Below are positions 46,426 through 55,086 of a stretch of 64,000 bases of DNA, piece after piece. The notes under the pieces were generated by a model that made no database searches, was not told where the DNA came from, and worked only from the letters and a program-made list of their open reading frames with translations. The translations under genes were made by a program, and so were the position numbers. The stretch's first letter is position 1. Each line of letters begins with the position of its first letter. The stretch is from Candidatus Acidiferrales bacterium. Lineage in GTDB: Bacteria; Acidobacteriota; Terriglobia; Acidiferrales; UBA7541. The DNA is taken from contig CAVTYP010000014.1 in NCBI GenBank assembly GCA_963738985.1, forward strand, positions 20,907 to 84,906. The letters are read 5' to 3'.

Positions 46426-48755
46426 CTACCTGCCTCTTTCGCTGCCGCTGCCGCAATCGCGTTTTCAGTGGCCTGCGGCAGGCGCACCACGAAGGTGCTG
46501 CCTCGCTCTTCCGTTTCTGGATTATTCCAGCAGAGAATCTCGCCGCCGTGAGCTCGCACAATTCCATAGCAGATGCTCAAGCCCAGCCCGGTTCCTTTTC
46601 CCGCCTGCTTGGTGGTGAAGAAGGGATCGAAAATGCGTTCAGGTTCGGAAACGCCAGTTCCATTGTCGATGAACGCCACTTCGATGGAGTCCTGCGTGCG
46701 CCGCGTGCGGATGCGGATTCTGCCGTGATTTCCGGACTCCTGGATAGCGTCGTAGGCGTTGTTCAGGACGTTCAGGAATACCTGCTGCAGTTGCTGCGAG
46801 TCCCCCAGAGTCGGACCGATTCCTTCGTCGAATTCCTCCACCACGTCTACGCCATGGCTGGAAAAATCGTAGCTTCGCAGCTTGATGGTTTGCCGCAGAA
46901 TCGCATTTACCTGCACCGGTTCGCGCTGTGTTGGCTTTTGCCGCGCAAAACTCAGCAAATCCTGCACGATCTCTTTCGTTCGCTGGGTCTCTTGCAGAAT
47001 GATCTTCAAATCCTCGCGGGCAGATTCCGGGACAGCGGGATTTTCCAGTAACAGGTCCGTGAAGCCCAAAATCGCTGCCAGTGGATTGTTCACTTCGTGC
47101 GCCACGCCGGAAACTAGCCGCCCGATCGTCGCCATTTTCTCCGAATGCGCCAGTTTCGCCTGTAACAACGCGGCATCGGTAATGTCTGTCATGACCACTA
47201 CAACATTGTTTACTTGCCGGTTCTCGTCGCGCATCGGGCTCAAGCTGATGGAAAAATGTCCCATCGAACCATCGCTGCGCCGCACTCGCAACTCCAGATT
47301 CTCCACCTGCTGCCCTTGCGCCGTGGTCTGCAGCGCTGCTTCGAAGTCTTGCCGGTGCGACGCTTCCACCCACTCTTCCAACCGGTGGCCGATCATTTCA
47401 TTTTCGTGATAGCCCGCTTCGTAGCAGCGTCGGTTCGCATAGCTGGTCAGCCCGGCCGTATCCAGCACCAGGATCATGCTCTGCGTGGTGTTTAATATTT
47501 TCTGGTTAAAGTCGCGCTCGCGCTGCAGTTGCGACTGGAACATCTTTTGTTCCGTCACGTCCAGCATCAGCCCGCGTGTCTGTACGACATGACCTTGTGT
47601 ATCCCTCACCGCGCTGATGTTCTGCATGGTGTGCAACAGGCTGCCATCTTTTCGCCGCAGTGTTTCTTCGTAATTCCGCAATGTGCCGCGTTCCGCGATG
47701 GCTTCCACAAAGCGTTTCTTTGCGGCAATTGTTGGATAGAGGTGAGGGCTGACATCGGCGCGCAGAAGCTCCTCTCGCGACTCATAACCCAGCATGCGCA
47801 CCATGGCGTCATTGACGTCAAGAAACTGACCATCAGGTGTGGCGAAAAACAAGCCTTCCTGGATGCTGTCAAAGAGCTCGCGGTAACGGCGTTCCGCTTC
47901 AAGGCGATCCGTGATGTCCTTGAGGACGTGAATCGTGCGGGCGTCTTCTTCCGTTGCTCCGCGCGTGCGCGATGTCGACACAAGAAATGTGCGGCCCTCG
48001 GCCGTCGCGGTGTACTCTTCGCGCGCTTCTGTAGTGTTCCTGCAGAATGGGCAAGGCAGCGCGCTGCCGGTTTCTGCGATGTGACGCAAGCTGGTAACTA
48101 GTTCGCCGACCAACGCAACGGGCGACACTCCCAGATGAGTTGCCAAAGAGCGATTCGTGCGCACGATCTTCCAACTCTGATCGTGTACCACGATGTAATC
48201 GCTGATTGCGTCGATGTCCTCGACCCACTGTTTTTTGGAGCGCTCCAGTTGCGAAAAGCGCCGCACCTTTTCCATGGAAAGCGCCGCGTGGCTGGCCAGT
48301 GCGGTCATCAGCTTTTCTTCCGCGGCAGAAAACTCGGCGTTCGCTCGAATCACGCACAGCGTACCCATCAGTTCGCGATCGCTGGCGTAGATCGGGAACA
48401 TCCCGCAATAAGCTGCACGCTCCGGCAAGCGCGCCACCTGCAAGCCGCTTCGCTTGGCGGCGATGTTCTCCAGCAGCCAGTCCCAATCTTCCCTACCGCC
48501 CGGGAAATCCTTCACCGGAGAGTACAGCTGTACGCGATTTCCAGAGAGTTCTCCGACGCCGCCCCACTCCCCCCCCAACATTTCTGCCGCGCGCGACGCA
48601 AATGCTGCCAGAAACGCGGGCAGCTCGCGCGAGTTGGCAGCGGCCACCGCCAAATCCATTAATTCTTCGGCATGATCGATTTTTGCGCGGTTCGACAGCT
48701 TGCGGCCCTTGGGTGCCGCACGACGACGAGCAGAGATAGACTTTCGTCCACGCAT
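46422..48755 (-). CDS. cytoplasmic GAF - 3x PAS sensor histidine kinase
   Basis: No hydrophobic segments. PAS-like repeats. H-box GVAHEVNNPLAAILGFTDLL. N-box LNVLNNAYDAI. G-box [15 protein letters not shown]. Confidence 0.85.
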   Translation of the reverse strand: MRGRKSISARRRAAPKGRKLSNRAKIDHAEELMDLAVAAANSRELPAFLAAFASRAAEMLGGEWGGVGELSGNRVQLYSPVKDFPGGREDWDWLLENIAAKRSGLQVARLPERAAYCGMFPIYASDRELMGTLCVIRANAEFSAAEEKLMTALASHAALSMEKVRRFSQLERSKKQWVEDIDAISDYIVVHDQSWKIVRTNRSLATHLGVSPVALVGELVTSLRHIAETGSALPCPFCRNTTEAREEYTATAEGRTFLVSTSRTRGATEEDARTIHVLKDITDRLEAERRYRELFDSIQEGLFFATPDGQFLDVNDAMVRMLGYESREELLRADVSPHLYPTIAAKKRFVEAIAERGTLRNYEETLRRKDGSLLHTMQNISAVRDTQGHVVQTRGLMLDVTEQKMFQSQLQRERDFNQKILNTTQSMILVLDTAGLTSYANRRCYEAGYHENEMIGHRLEEWVEASHRQDFEAALQTTAQGQQVENLELRVRRSDGSMGHFSISLSPMRDENRQVNNVVVVMTDITDAALLQAKLAHSEKMATIGRLVSGVAHEVNNPLAAILGFTDLLLENPAVPESAREDLKIILQETQRTKEIVQDLLSFARQKPTQREPVQVNAILRQTIKLRSYDFSSHGVDVVEEFDEGIGPTLGDSQQLQQVFLNVLNNAYDAIQESGNHGRIRIRTRRTQDSIEVAFIDNGTGVSEPERIFDPFFTTKQAGKGTGLGLSICYGIVRAHGGEILCWNNPETEERGSTFVVRLPQATENAIAAAAAKEAGR

Positions 48756-48776
48756 AGGGGTTAGGGGCTCTGCGTG

Positions 48777-48943
48777 TGTCTCAATTTAGGAAACCACGCA
48801 CTCCCAAACTACTGAGCAATCTCATTCTGAGTCAATCCCCGTTCCACTTCGGAGTTCGCATGCGTTACCCTGCACCCGCCGTCAGAGCCCAGCCGCGTCT
48901 CAGCCTGAGATCAAACCGATGGACCGCCCGGCGGTTTGAGACG
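48777..48943. promoter_or_regulatory. TGTCTCA / GTCTCAG-CC-TGAGA / TGAGACG repeat cluster in a divergent intergenic region
   Basis: TGTCTCA at 48777-48783. GTCTCAGCCTGAGA at 48897-48910 has palindromic arms TCTCA/TGAGA. TGAGACg at 48937-48943. The cluster lies 117-283 bp upstream of the 49060 sigma-54-like element and just upstream of the divergent kinase operon. Confidence 0.4.
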
Positions 48944-49059
48944 TTTGGTGGAACTTTCCTCGAGGTGCATCATTTTCATTTCGCTCGTATCTAATTGCAG
49001 AGTAAGCGCTTGCGACGCCAATCAGCGCTTTTGCTCTTTCTTTCCGCTACTCTTCGTCC

Positions 49060-49075
49060 TGGCATTGCACTTGCC
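49060..49075 (+). promoter_or_regulatory. candidate sigma-54 promoter (-24/-12) for the TonB_C - Che2 operon
   Basis: TGGCAT-TGCAC-TTGCC matches 9 of 10 defined positions of TGGCAC-N5-TTGC with correct spacing. It lies about 41 nt upstream of the GTG at 49116, which is preceded by AAGGAGG (49104-49110). Confidence 0.55.
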
Positions 49076-49115
49076 TTCTCTCCGTTGGGGTAATTTCCCA
49101 CCCAAGGAGGATGTG

Positions 49116-49463
49116 GTGTCCATTCATAGTGGATGGGGAAAGGCGATTCTCGCGCTGGTCGCGACGGGGGTGTTGGCCGGATCCTTTGCGCTTGCACAAC
49201 AGGCCAACGTCGAGGAAAGCAAGAGGAAGGTCAAGGTGAGGGCCAATCCAGCGTATCCGGAACTGGCTAAGCGGCTAGGTCTCGGCGGGAAGGTCCGCAT
49301 TGAGGTGGTCATTGGTACGGACGGCAAGGTGAAGAATTCGCGCGCTATCGGCGGTCATCCAGTTCTCGTGCAGGCGGCGACGGATTGTCTTCGCGAATGG
49401 CGCTTCGAGCCGGCGCAAGAGGAAACCACGCAAGTGATCGAGTTCGAATTCAAGCAGCAGTGA
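49116..49463 (+). CDS. small secreted TonB C-terminal-domain protein
   Basis: GTG start 5 nt after AAGGAGG. Signal-like KAILALVATGVLAGSFALAQQ. TonB_C pattern ANPAYPELAKRLGLGGKVRIEVVIGTDGKVKNSRAIGGHPVL...A...WRFEP. Confidence 0.7.
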   Translation: MSIHSGWGKAILALVATGVLAGSFALAQQANVEESKRKVKVRANPAYPELAKRLGLGGKVRIEVVIGTDGKVKNSRAIGGHPVLVQAATDCLREWRFEPAQEETTQVIEFEFKQQ

Positions 49464-49535
49464 GCTACGCGCGGCGAGTTGACTGAGAGGGCGGCGCTTC
49501 AACTGGTTGTTTAGGGGAGCGGAGGAAGTAACGCA

Positions 49536-51542
49536 ATGACGATCGAAAAACAGTTGTACCGGAGTTTTGGAGCGATTGGGGGCATTCTACTCATCCTGCT
49601 CATGGTGGATATCGGCACCATTTGGAAAGCCAGCCGGGCTAGCAGCGAAGCATCCGCGACGCTGGAGAGCGTGCGAACGACGGAGGCTGTGCGCTATCAG
49701 ATCATGCAGAATCGCTTGAACTTGAACAACTTTTTGCTCAGCGGCGACCCGCGCGACGAAGAGAAGGTCAATCGCGGCTTCACCGAACTCACCGATCTGG
49801 TCAAGCGAGGGCAATCTGAAACCAAGAATGACCTGATGCGCACCGCGTTGATCCAGGTGGAGAGCACCGAAGCCAGCTGGGCCGATAATTTTGGCAAGCC
49901 TTTGCTCGCCAAGCGCCACCAGGTTGATTCCGGGGATGCCACCGTCTCGGATCTGCAGATCTTCTATTTGCAGAAAGATCCCACATCGTGGTTGAACAAA
50001 TCTACTGCCGTTCTCGATGAGGCCAAGGCAGACATCGGCAAAGCGCAGGTGGATTCGCAGAAGGCCGCGGACCGCGCCAGTTTGTATAGTTATGCGGCGA
50101 TTCTGATCGGGTCGATTCTGGCCCTGCTCATGATCGGCTACACCGCCGTTAGGACCGCCCGCTCCATCACCGAACCTTTGCAGCACTTGATTACCGTTGC
50201 CCGCGAAATTGGCGATTCCGGCGACCTCGACCAGAATATTGATATCCACCGTAATGACGAAATCGGGGCACTGGCTACCACCTTCAACAATATGGTCGCC
50301 TATTTGAAGGAAATGGCCAGCGTCTCCATGGCTGTGGCCGAAGGTGACCTCACCGTTGAAGTGACGCCTCGTTCCAAGCGCGACACCCTCGGCAACGCGT
50401 TCATTCGCATGGCCCACGGCTTACAGGAAATCGTTCGTTCCACTCGCGATGGGGCCTCGCAGGTTTCGGCTGGTTCCAACCAGGTTGCGGGCGCCGCTGA
50501 CGAATCCGCGAAAGTCAGCGTGCAAGCCTCCTCCGCCATTGAAGAAGTCACCAGCACGATGCACGAAATGAGCATCAACGTGCAGAACGTAGTGAAGAAC
50601 ACCCAAGTGCAGGCTTCCAGCGTTGCTGAAACCTCTGCATCCATCGATCAGATGGTCACTTCCATCCAGCGCGTTGCGGACACCGCCAAGGTCCTGCTGG
50701 ACATTGCCAATCGCTCGCGTGAAGAGGTCGTCACCGGTATCGCGACGATGGAGAAGACCACCGACGGACTGAACCGTACCAATCGCGCCATCCAGTCTTC
50801 CGCTGAGATCATCAATATTCTCGGGCATCGCGCCGACGACATTGGCAAGATCATCGAAGTGATCGACGACCTTGCCGAACAGACCAACCTGCTGGCTTTG
50901 AACGCCGCCATCGAAGCCGCTCGTGCTGGCGAACATGGCCTCGGATTCGCCGTAGTCGCCGACGAAGTCCGCAAACTCGCCGAGAAATCCACACAATCCA
51001 CAAAGGAAATTGCCGACCTGATCCAGAGCATCCAGCGTGAAGCTCGCCAGGCTGTCGAAAACATGGAGCGCAGCACGCGAATCGTCGAAGAAGGCTTGAG
51101 CCTCGGAAACGATCTGGGCACCGCACTTCATAAAATTTCCGACGTCGTCACCGAAGTCTACAAGTTCTCTCAGGAAATCGGCGCCGCCACCAACGAACAG
51201 TCGGTCGGTTCTTCACAAATCGCCAAGGCTACCAACCGCCTGACCGAAATCACGCAGGAGATCAACTCTGCCGTCGAGGAACAAGCATCCGGCGCGCAAG
51301 CCGTCGTGCGCGCCATGGACAAAATGCGTGAACTGGTTCAGCAGTCCGCTTCCAGCTCCACCGAACTGTCTGCTGCCGCCGAACAAATGCTGAAGCTTTC
51401 CCGCAACCTTCTCGACAATATGGATCGCTTCGTCATCGACCGCGCCGGCCAGGTTCGCCATCGTCACGACAACATTCCGCAACGCCGGCAGCCCAATTCA
51501 GAATCCAGTGAATATGAATTTGCCGAAGTCGGACGCAACTGA
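49536..51542 (+). CDS. methyl-accepting chemotaxis protein (4-helix-bundle-type periplasmic domain - HAMP - signalling domain)
   Basis: Two TM segments flank a helical domain of about 150 aa. [36 protein letters not shown]. Confidence 0.9.
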   Translation: MTIEKQLYRSFGAIGGILLILLMVDIGTIWKASRASSEASATLESVRTTEAVRYQIMQNRLNLNNFLLSGDPRDEEKVNRGFTELTDLVKRGQSETKNDLMRTALIQVESTEASWADNFGKPLLAKRHQVDSGDATVSDLQIFYLQKDPTSWLNKSTAVLDEAKADIGKAQVDSQKAADRASLYSYAAILIGSILALLMIGYTAVRTARSITEPLQHLITVAREIGDSGDLDQNIDIHRNDEIGALATTFNNMVAYLKEMASVSMAVAEGDLTVEVTPRSKRDTLGNAFIRMAHGLQEIVRSTRDGASQVSAGSNQVAGAADESAKVSVQASSAIEEVTSTMHEMSINVQNVVKNTQVQASSVAETSASIDQMVTSIQRVADTAKVLLDIANRSREEVVTGIATMEKTTDGLNRTNRAIQSSAEIINILGHRADDIGKIIEVIDDLAEQTNLLALNAAIEAARAGEHGLGFAVVADEVRKLAEKSTQSTKEIADLIQSIQREARQAVENMERSTRIVEEGLSLGNDLGTALHKISDVVTEVYKFSQEIGAATNEQSVGSSQIAKATNRLTEITQEINSAVEEQASGAQAVVRAMDKMRELVQQSASSSTELSAAAEQMLKLSRNLLDNMDRFVIDRAGQVRHRHDNIPQRRQPNSESSEYEFAEVGRN

Positions 51543-51557
51543 CGCGGAGACCGCCCC

Positions 51558-52034
51558 ATGGAGAAAGACTACCAAGTTGTTGGTTTTCGCATCGGCAATG
51601 AAACGTACGGGGTTCGCATCGGATCCGTGCGCGAGATCGTTCGCGTACCCGAAATCACTTCGGTTCCTAACGCGCCGGAAGCCATCGAAGGGGTCATCAA
51701 CCTTCGTGGAAAAATCATTCCGGTGATGGACCTGCGCAAGCGCTTCGGCATCGAAGCGGTTCAGCCCGACAAGAAGAATCGCATTCTGGTGGTTGAACTG
51801 GACAACAAGCTTCTCGGCTTGATTGTCAGTTCCGCTTCCGAAGTGCTGAAAATCCCTCCCTCGGAGATCGCCGCGCCCGGCACCGTGTTTGCCGAGGGTG
51901 AGTCCAGCTATGTGACCGGCGTCGGCAAACTGAAAGGCCGGCTCATCATTCTCCTGGATATAGCCAGGCTGTTGCGTCAACCGGAATTCAAGAAACTTGA
52001 GGAGGCCGCGGAACCCGTCGCAGTCGCGCGTTAG
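51558..52034 (+). CDS. cheW: CheW coupling protein
   Basis: QVVGFRIGNETYGVRIGSVREIVRVPEITSVPNAPEAIEGVINLRGKIIPVMDL. Confidence 0.9.
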   Translation: MEKDYQVVGFRIGNETYGVRIGSVREIVRVPEITSVPNAPEAIEGVINLRGKIIPVMDLRKRFGIEAVQPDKKNRILVVELDNKLLGLIVSSASEVLKIPPSEIAAPGTVFAEGESSYVTGVGKLKGRLIILLDIARLLRQPEFKKLEEAAEPVAVAR

Positions 52035-52084
52035 TTGCTTCGTTGCTGGAGCCGCCGGCTGTACGAACGTTGCACGCACCCAGT

Positions 52085-52990
52085 ATGGGAACCATTACTG
52101 CTCAGGTTCAGCTCACGGAAGCGGAACTCAAGCTCCTGCAGACCCTTGTCTACCAGGAGTGCGGCATGTATTTTGATGAGCGCCGCGCTCATTTCCTGAA
52201 GGATCGTCTGCAGCGCCGATTGAAGGCCTGCCAGCTCGATTCTTTCTACAGCTACTATCGCTTGCTCACCAGCCGCGAGGGCCGCGCGGAACTCGCCCTG
52301 CTTCTTGAGAATCTTACCGTCAACGAAACCAGTTTCTTTCGCAACCGCCCGCAGCTCGACCTGCTGCAGAAATCGGTCCTCGAAGAAATCCTTCATCACA
52401 AGCAGGAGCGCCGCGATTGGAATCTTCGCGTGTGGTCCGCCGGTTGCTCCGCTGGTCAGGAGCCCTATTCCGTCGCCATCCTTATCTGCGACGCTCTCGC
52501 TTACTACTATCTTCGCAACCCGCTTCCGTTTGAGATGCCTTCGCCCAAGCCGCTGATTCCTCCGCCGTGGAAACTCGAAATCGTGGCTTCCGATATCAGT
52601 TACGCCAGCCTTCGCACCGGCCAGGAGGGCCTGTACACGGAAATTCAGATGGAGCCTGTCGACTACACGACCAGGCTGCGCTACTTCGAAAAAACCAGCG
52701 ATAAGTATGGCGTCAAACCTCAGCTGAAAGAACTGGTTCAGTTCGACTTCCACAACCTGAAAACCGAATTCTTGCCACGGCGCAACGACATTATCCTCTG
52801 CCGCAACGTGATGATCTATTTCGACGAGGCCGAGCAGAAGCGCCTGATTGAGAAGTTCTGGCATTGCTTGAATCCTGGGGGATATCTTTTCGTCGGCCAC
52901 GCGGAAAGCCTCTTTGGCCTCACCCAAAAATTTAAAATGGTTCATGAGAACAACGGCACCGCTTACAAGCGTATTGAGGTGAATCCGTGA
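52085..52990 (+). CDS. cheR: chemotaxis protein methyltransferase CheR
   Basis: Start at ATG 52085 (MGTITAQV). ETSFFRNRPQ, RVWSAGCSAGQEPYSVAI, IILCRNVMIYF. Confidence 0.9.
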   Translation: MGTITAQVQLTEAELKLLQTLVYQECGMYFDERRAHFLKDRLQRRLKACQLDSFYSYYRLLTSREGRAELALLLENLTVNETSFFRNRPQLDLLQKSVLEEILHHKQERRDWNLRVWSAGCSAGQEPYSVAILICDALAYYYLRNPLPFEMPSPKPLIPPPWKLEIVASDISYASLRTGQEGLYTEIQMEPVDYTTRLRYFEKTSDKYGVKPQLKELVQFDFHNLKTEFLPRRNDIILCRNVMIYFDEAEQKRLIEKFWHCLNPGGYLFVGHAESLFGLTQKFKMVHENNGTAYKRIEVNP

Positions 52991-55086
52991 GTTTTATCCC
53001 CGAGGATCGCGGATCGGAGCTTCGCGCACTTTTCTTTGAAAGTGCCGCGGAACTTCTCCAGGTCATCAACGACGCGGGGCTCGAACTTGAAAAGCGCCCC
53101 GCGGACGAAGACCTCATCCGCGGTGTGCGCCGCGCCGTGCATACCCTGAAGGGCGATTCGGCTGCATGCGGCTTCCAGAAGTTGAGCGAGATTGCTCACG
53201 AACTTGAAGACGTGCTGTCATGGCAGATCAGCCAGACGCACGGCACAAAGCTTGCCGAAGTTGTTCTTGCTGCCGTGGATACTTTTGAGAGCATGCTCAG
53301 CGCGTACCAAAAGCAAGCTGAGCCTCCTTCCACGGATTCGCTGCGCGCTCTCATCCACCACCTGCTTCAGGCGCCGGGGCAGGCTGAGTCAGCCGGTGGC
53401 TCGCCAACGGGGCAGGTTCGCGCGGCCTTTGCCTGGAGCGAATACGAGCGCTTGATGATTTCTGAGGCGCTTCTGCGCGGCGATAATGTTTACAACGTTG
53501 CCTTGCGCATCGATCCCAATAGCGTCATGCGCGCGGCCGCCTTTCAGTTGATTCGCAACGTTCTGCACACTTGCGGCACGGTCATTGCTCTGCGACCTGA
53601 AGACAATCTTGCGGCTGCGGCTGTTGAAGTGGTGGAAGCGGCCGTCGCCAGTCCTCATCCCATCGAGCATGTTTCGCATCGCTGCCACATTCCTTCGGTT
53701 GTTTCGGACGTTCGCGTTGAACCTGCGGATCACGCCGATTCCGCCGAGCATCAGCTTCTGGGCGACATCCTGGAAGCACAAGCCGCTCAAATTGCCGCGA
53801 AACCGCACGATTCTGCGGAATCGACTGCCGCCAAACATCCTGCTGGCTCTTCGGCGGTCGCCGCGGTTGCCGAAAGCACCGTCCGCGTTGATGCTTCACG
53901 CATCGATGCAGTGATGAATCTGGTGGGCGAACTGATCATCGGCAAATCCATGCTGAACCGTACCCTGGCGGAATTTGATGCCCGCCATTCGCGCGATCCC
54001 ATTCGCACGAAGCTCGCGGAAACGCTGGCATTCCAATCCAGAGTCCTCGATGAGCTGCACAAATGCGTTTTGAAGATTCGCATGGTACCGGTCGAGCAGT
54101 TGTTCCGCCGTTTCCCGCGAGTGGTCCGCGATATCGCGAAGCTTTGCGGCAAAGACATTGCTCTCGAAGTGGCCGGCGAGCACACCGATCTCGACAAAGG
54201 AATTCTCGACGCGCTGGCAGAGCCGCTCACTCACCTGGTGCGTAACGCGGTGGATCACGGCATCGAGCCCGCCAGCGAACGCCTCAGCGCAGGTAAGCAG
54301 GCGCGCGGCACTGTTTCCTTGAACGCCTATCACCAGGGCGCGCAAGTAGTGATTGAGGTGCACGACGACGGTCGTGGCATCGACCTCGATCTGATTCGCG
54401 AGCAAGCCGTTCGCAACTCGCTCATCAAGCAGGAAGACGCCGATCGCTTGACGGAACCCGATCTTCTGAATCTCATTTTCGAACCCGGCTTGAGTACCGC
54501 AACCGAAGTCACCGAAGTTTCCGGACGCGGCGTCGGCATGGACGTCGTTCGCAACGTGCTGGACCGCTTGAAAGGCACGGTGAACGTCAGCAGCGTCAAA
54601 GGGAAGGGCACTACGATTCTTCTTCGGGTGCCGCTCACTCTCGCCAGCATTCAGACGTTGCTGTTCCGCGTTGGTGGGCGTCTCTTTGCTGTGCCGCTCT
54701 CTTCCGTCGTGGAAATCACCCGCGTATCCGATTCTGAAATTCAGCGTGTCGACAAACGCGAAGTGCTTCGCCTGCGCGACCAGATCCTTACCCTGGTGCG
54801 CCTCTCCTCCCTTAAAGGTATTCATGCCGTCGAGACGGACGAACCAAAAAAGAAAAAGAGTTTCGTGATCGTCATCGGCGTAGCGGAAAAGCGCTTCGGT
54901 TTGCTAGTGGACAGCATGGTCGGTGAAGAAGAACTCGTCATCAAGGCGCTTCCCGGCGAAATCGTCTCCAGTGATCTGGTCAGCGGCGCCTCCATACTCG
55001 GCGATGGAACTGTTGTGCTGATCTTGAATGTGCCGGCGATTCTTTCGCGGTTGTCGCGGTCGCTTCCGCTGGGGGCCATCGCATGA
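52987..55086 (+). CDS. cheA: chemotaxis histidine kinase CheA (HPt - dimerisation - HATPase - CheW)
   Basis: GTG start overlapping the cheR stop (GTGA). HPt VHTLKGDSAACGF. N-box EPLTHLVRNAVDHGIE. GRGVGMDVV. C-terminal CheW-like domain. Confidence 0.9.
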   Translation: MSFIPEDRGSELRALFFESAAELLQVINDAGLELEKRPADEDLIRGVRRAVHTLKGDSAACGFQKLSEIAHELEDVLSWQISQTHGTKLAEVVLAAVDTFESMLSAYQKQAEPPSTDSLRALIHHLLQAPGQAESAGGSPTGQVRAAFAWSEYERLMISEALLRGDNVYNVALRIDPNSVMRAAAFQLIRNVLHTCGTVIALRPEDNLAAAAVEVVEAAVASPHPIEHVSHRCHIPSVVSDVRVEPADHADSAEHQLLGDILEAQAAQIAAKPHDSAESTAAKHPAGSSAVAAVAESTVRVDASRIDAVMNLVGELIIGKSMLNRTLAEFDARHSRDPIRTKLAETLAFQSRVLDELHKCVLKIRMVPVEQLFRRFPRVVRDIAKLCGKDIALEVAGEHTDLDKGILDALAEPLTHLVRNAVDHGIEPASERLSAGKQARGTVSLNAYHQGAQVVIEVHDDGRGIDLDLIREQAVRNSLIKQEDADRLTEPDLLNLIFEPGLSTATEVTEVSGRGVGMDVVRNVLDRLKGTVNVSSVKGKGTTILLRVPLTLASIQTLLFRVGGRLFAVPLSSVVEITRVSDSEIQRVDKREVLRLRDQILTLVRLSSLKGIHAVETDEPKKKKSFVIVIGVAEKRFGLLVDSMVGEEELVIKALPGEIVSSDLVSGASILGDGTVVLILNVPAILSRLSRSLPLGAIA

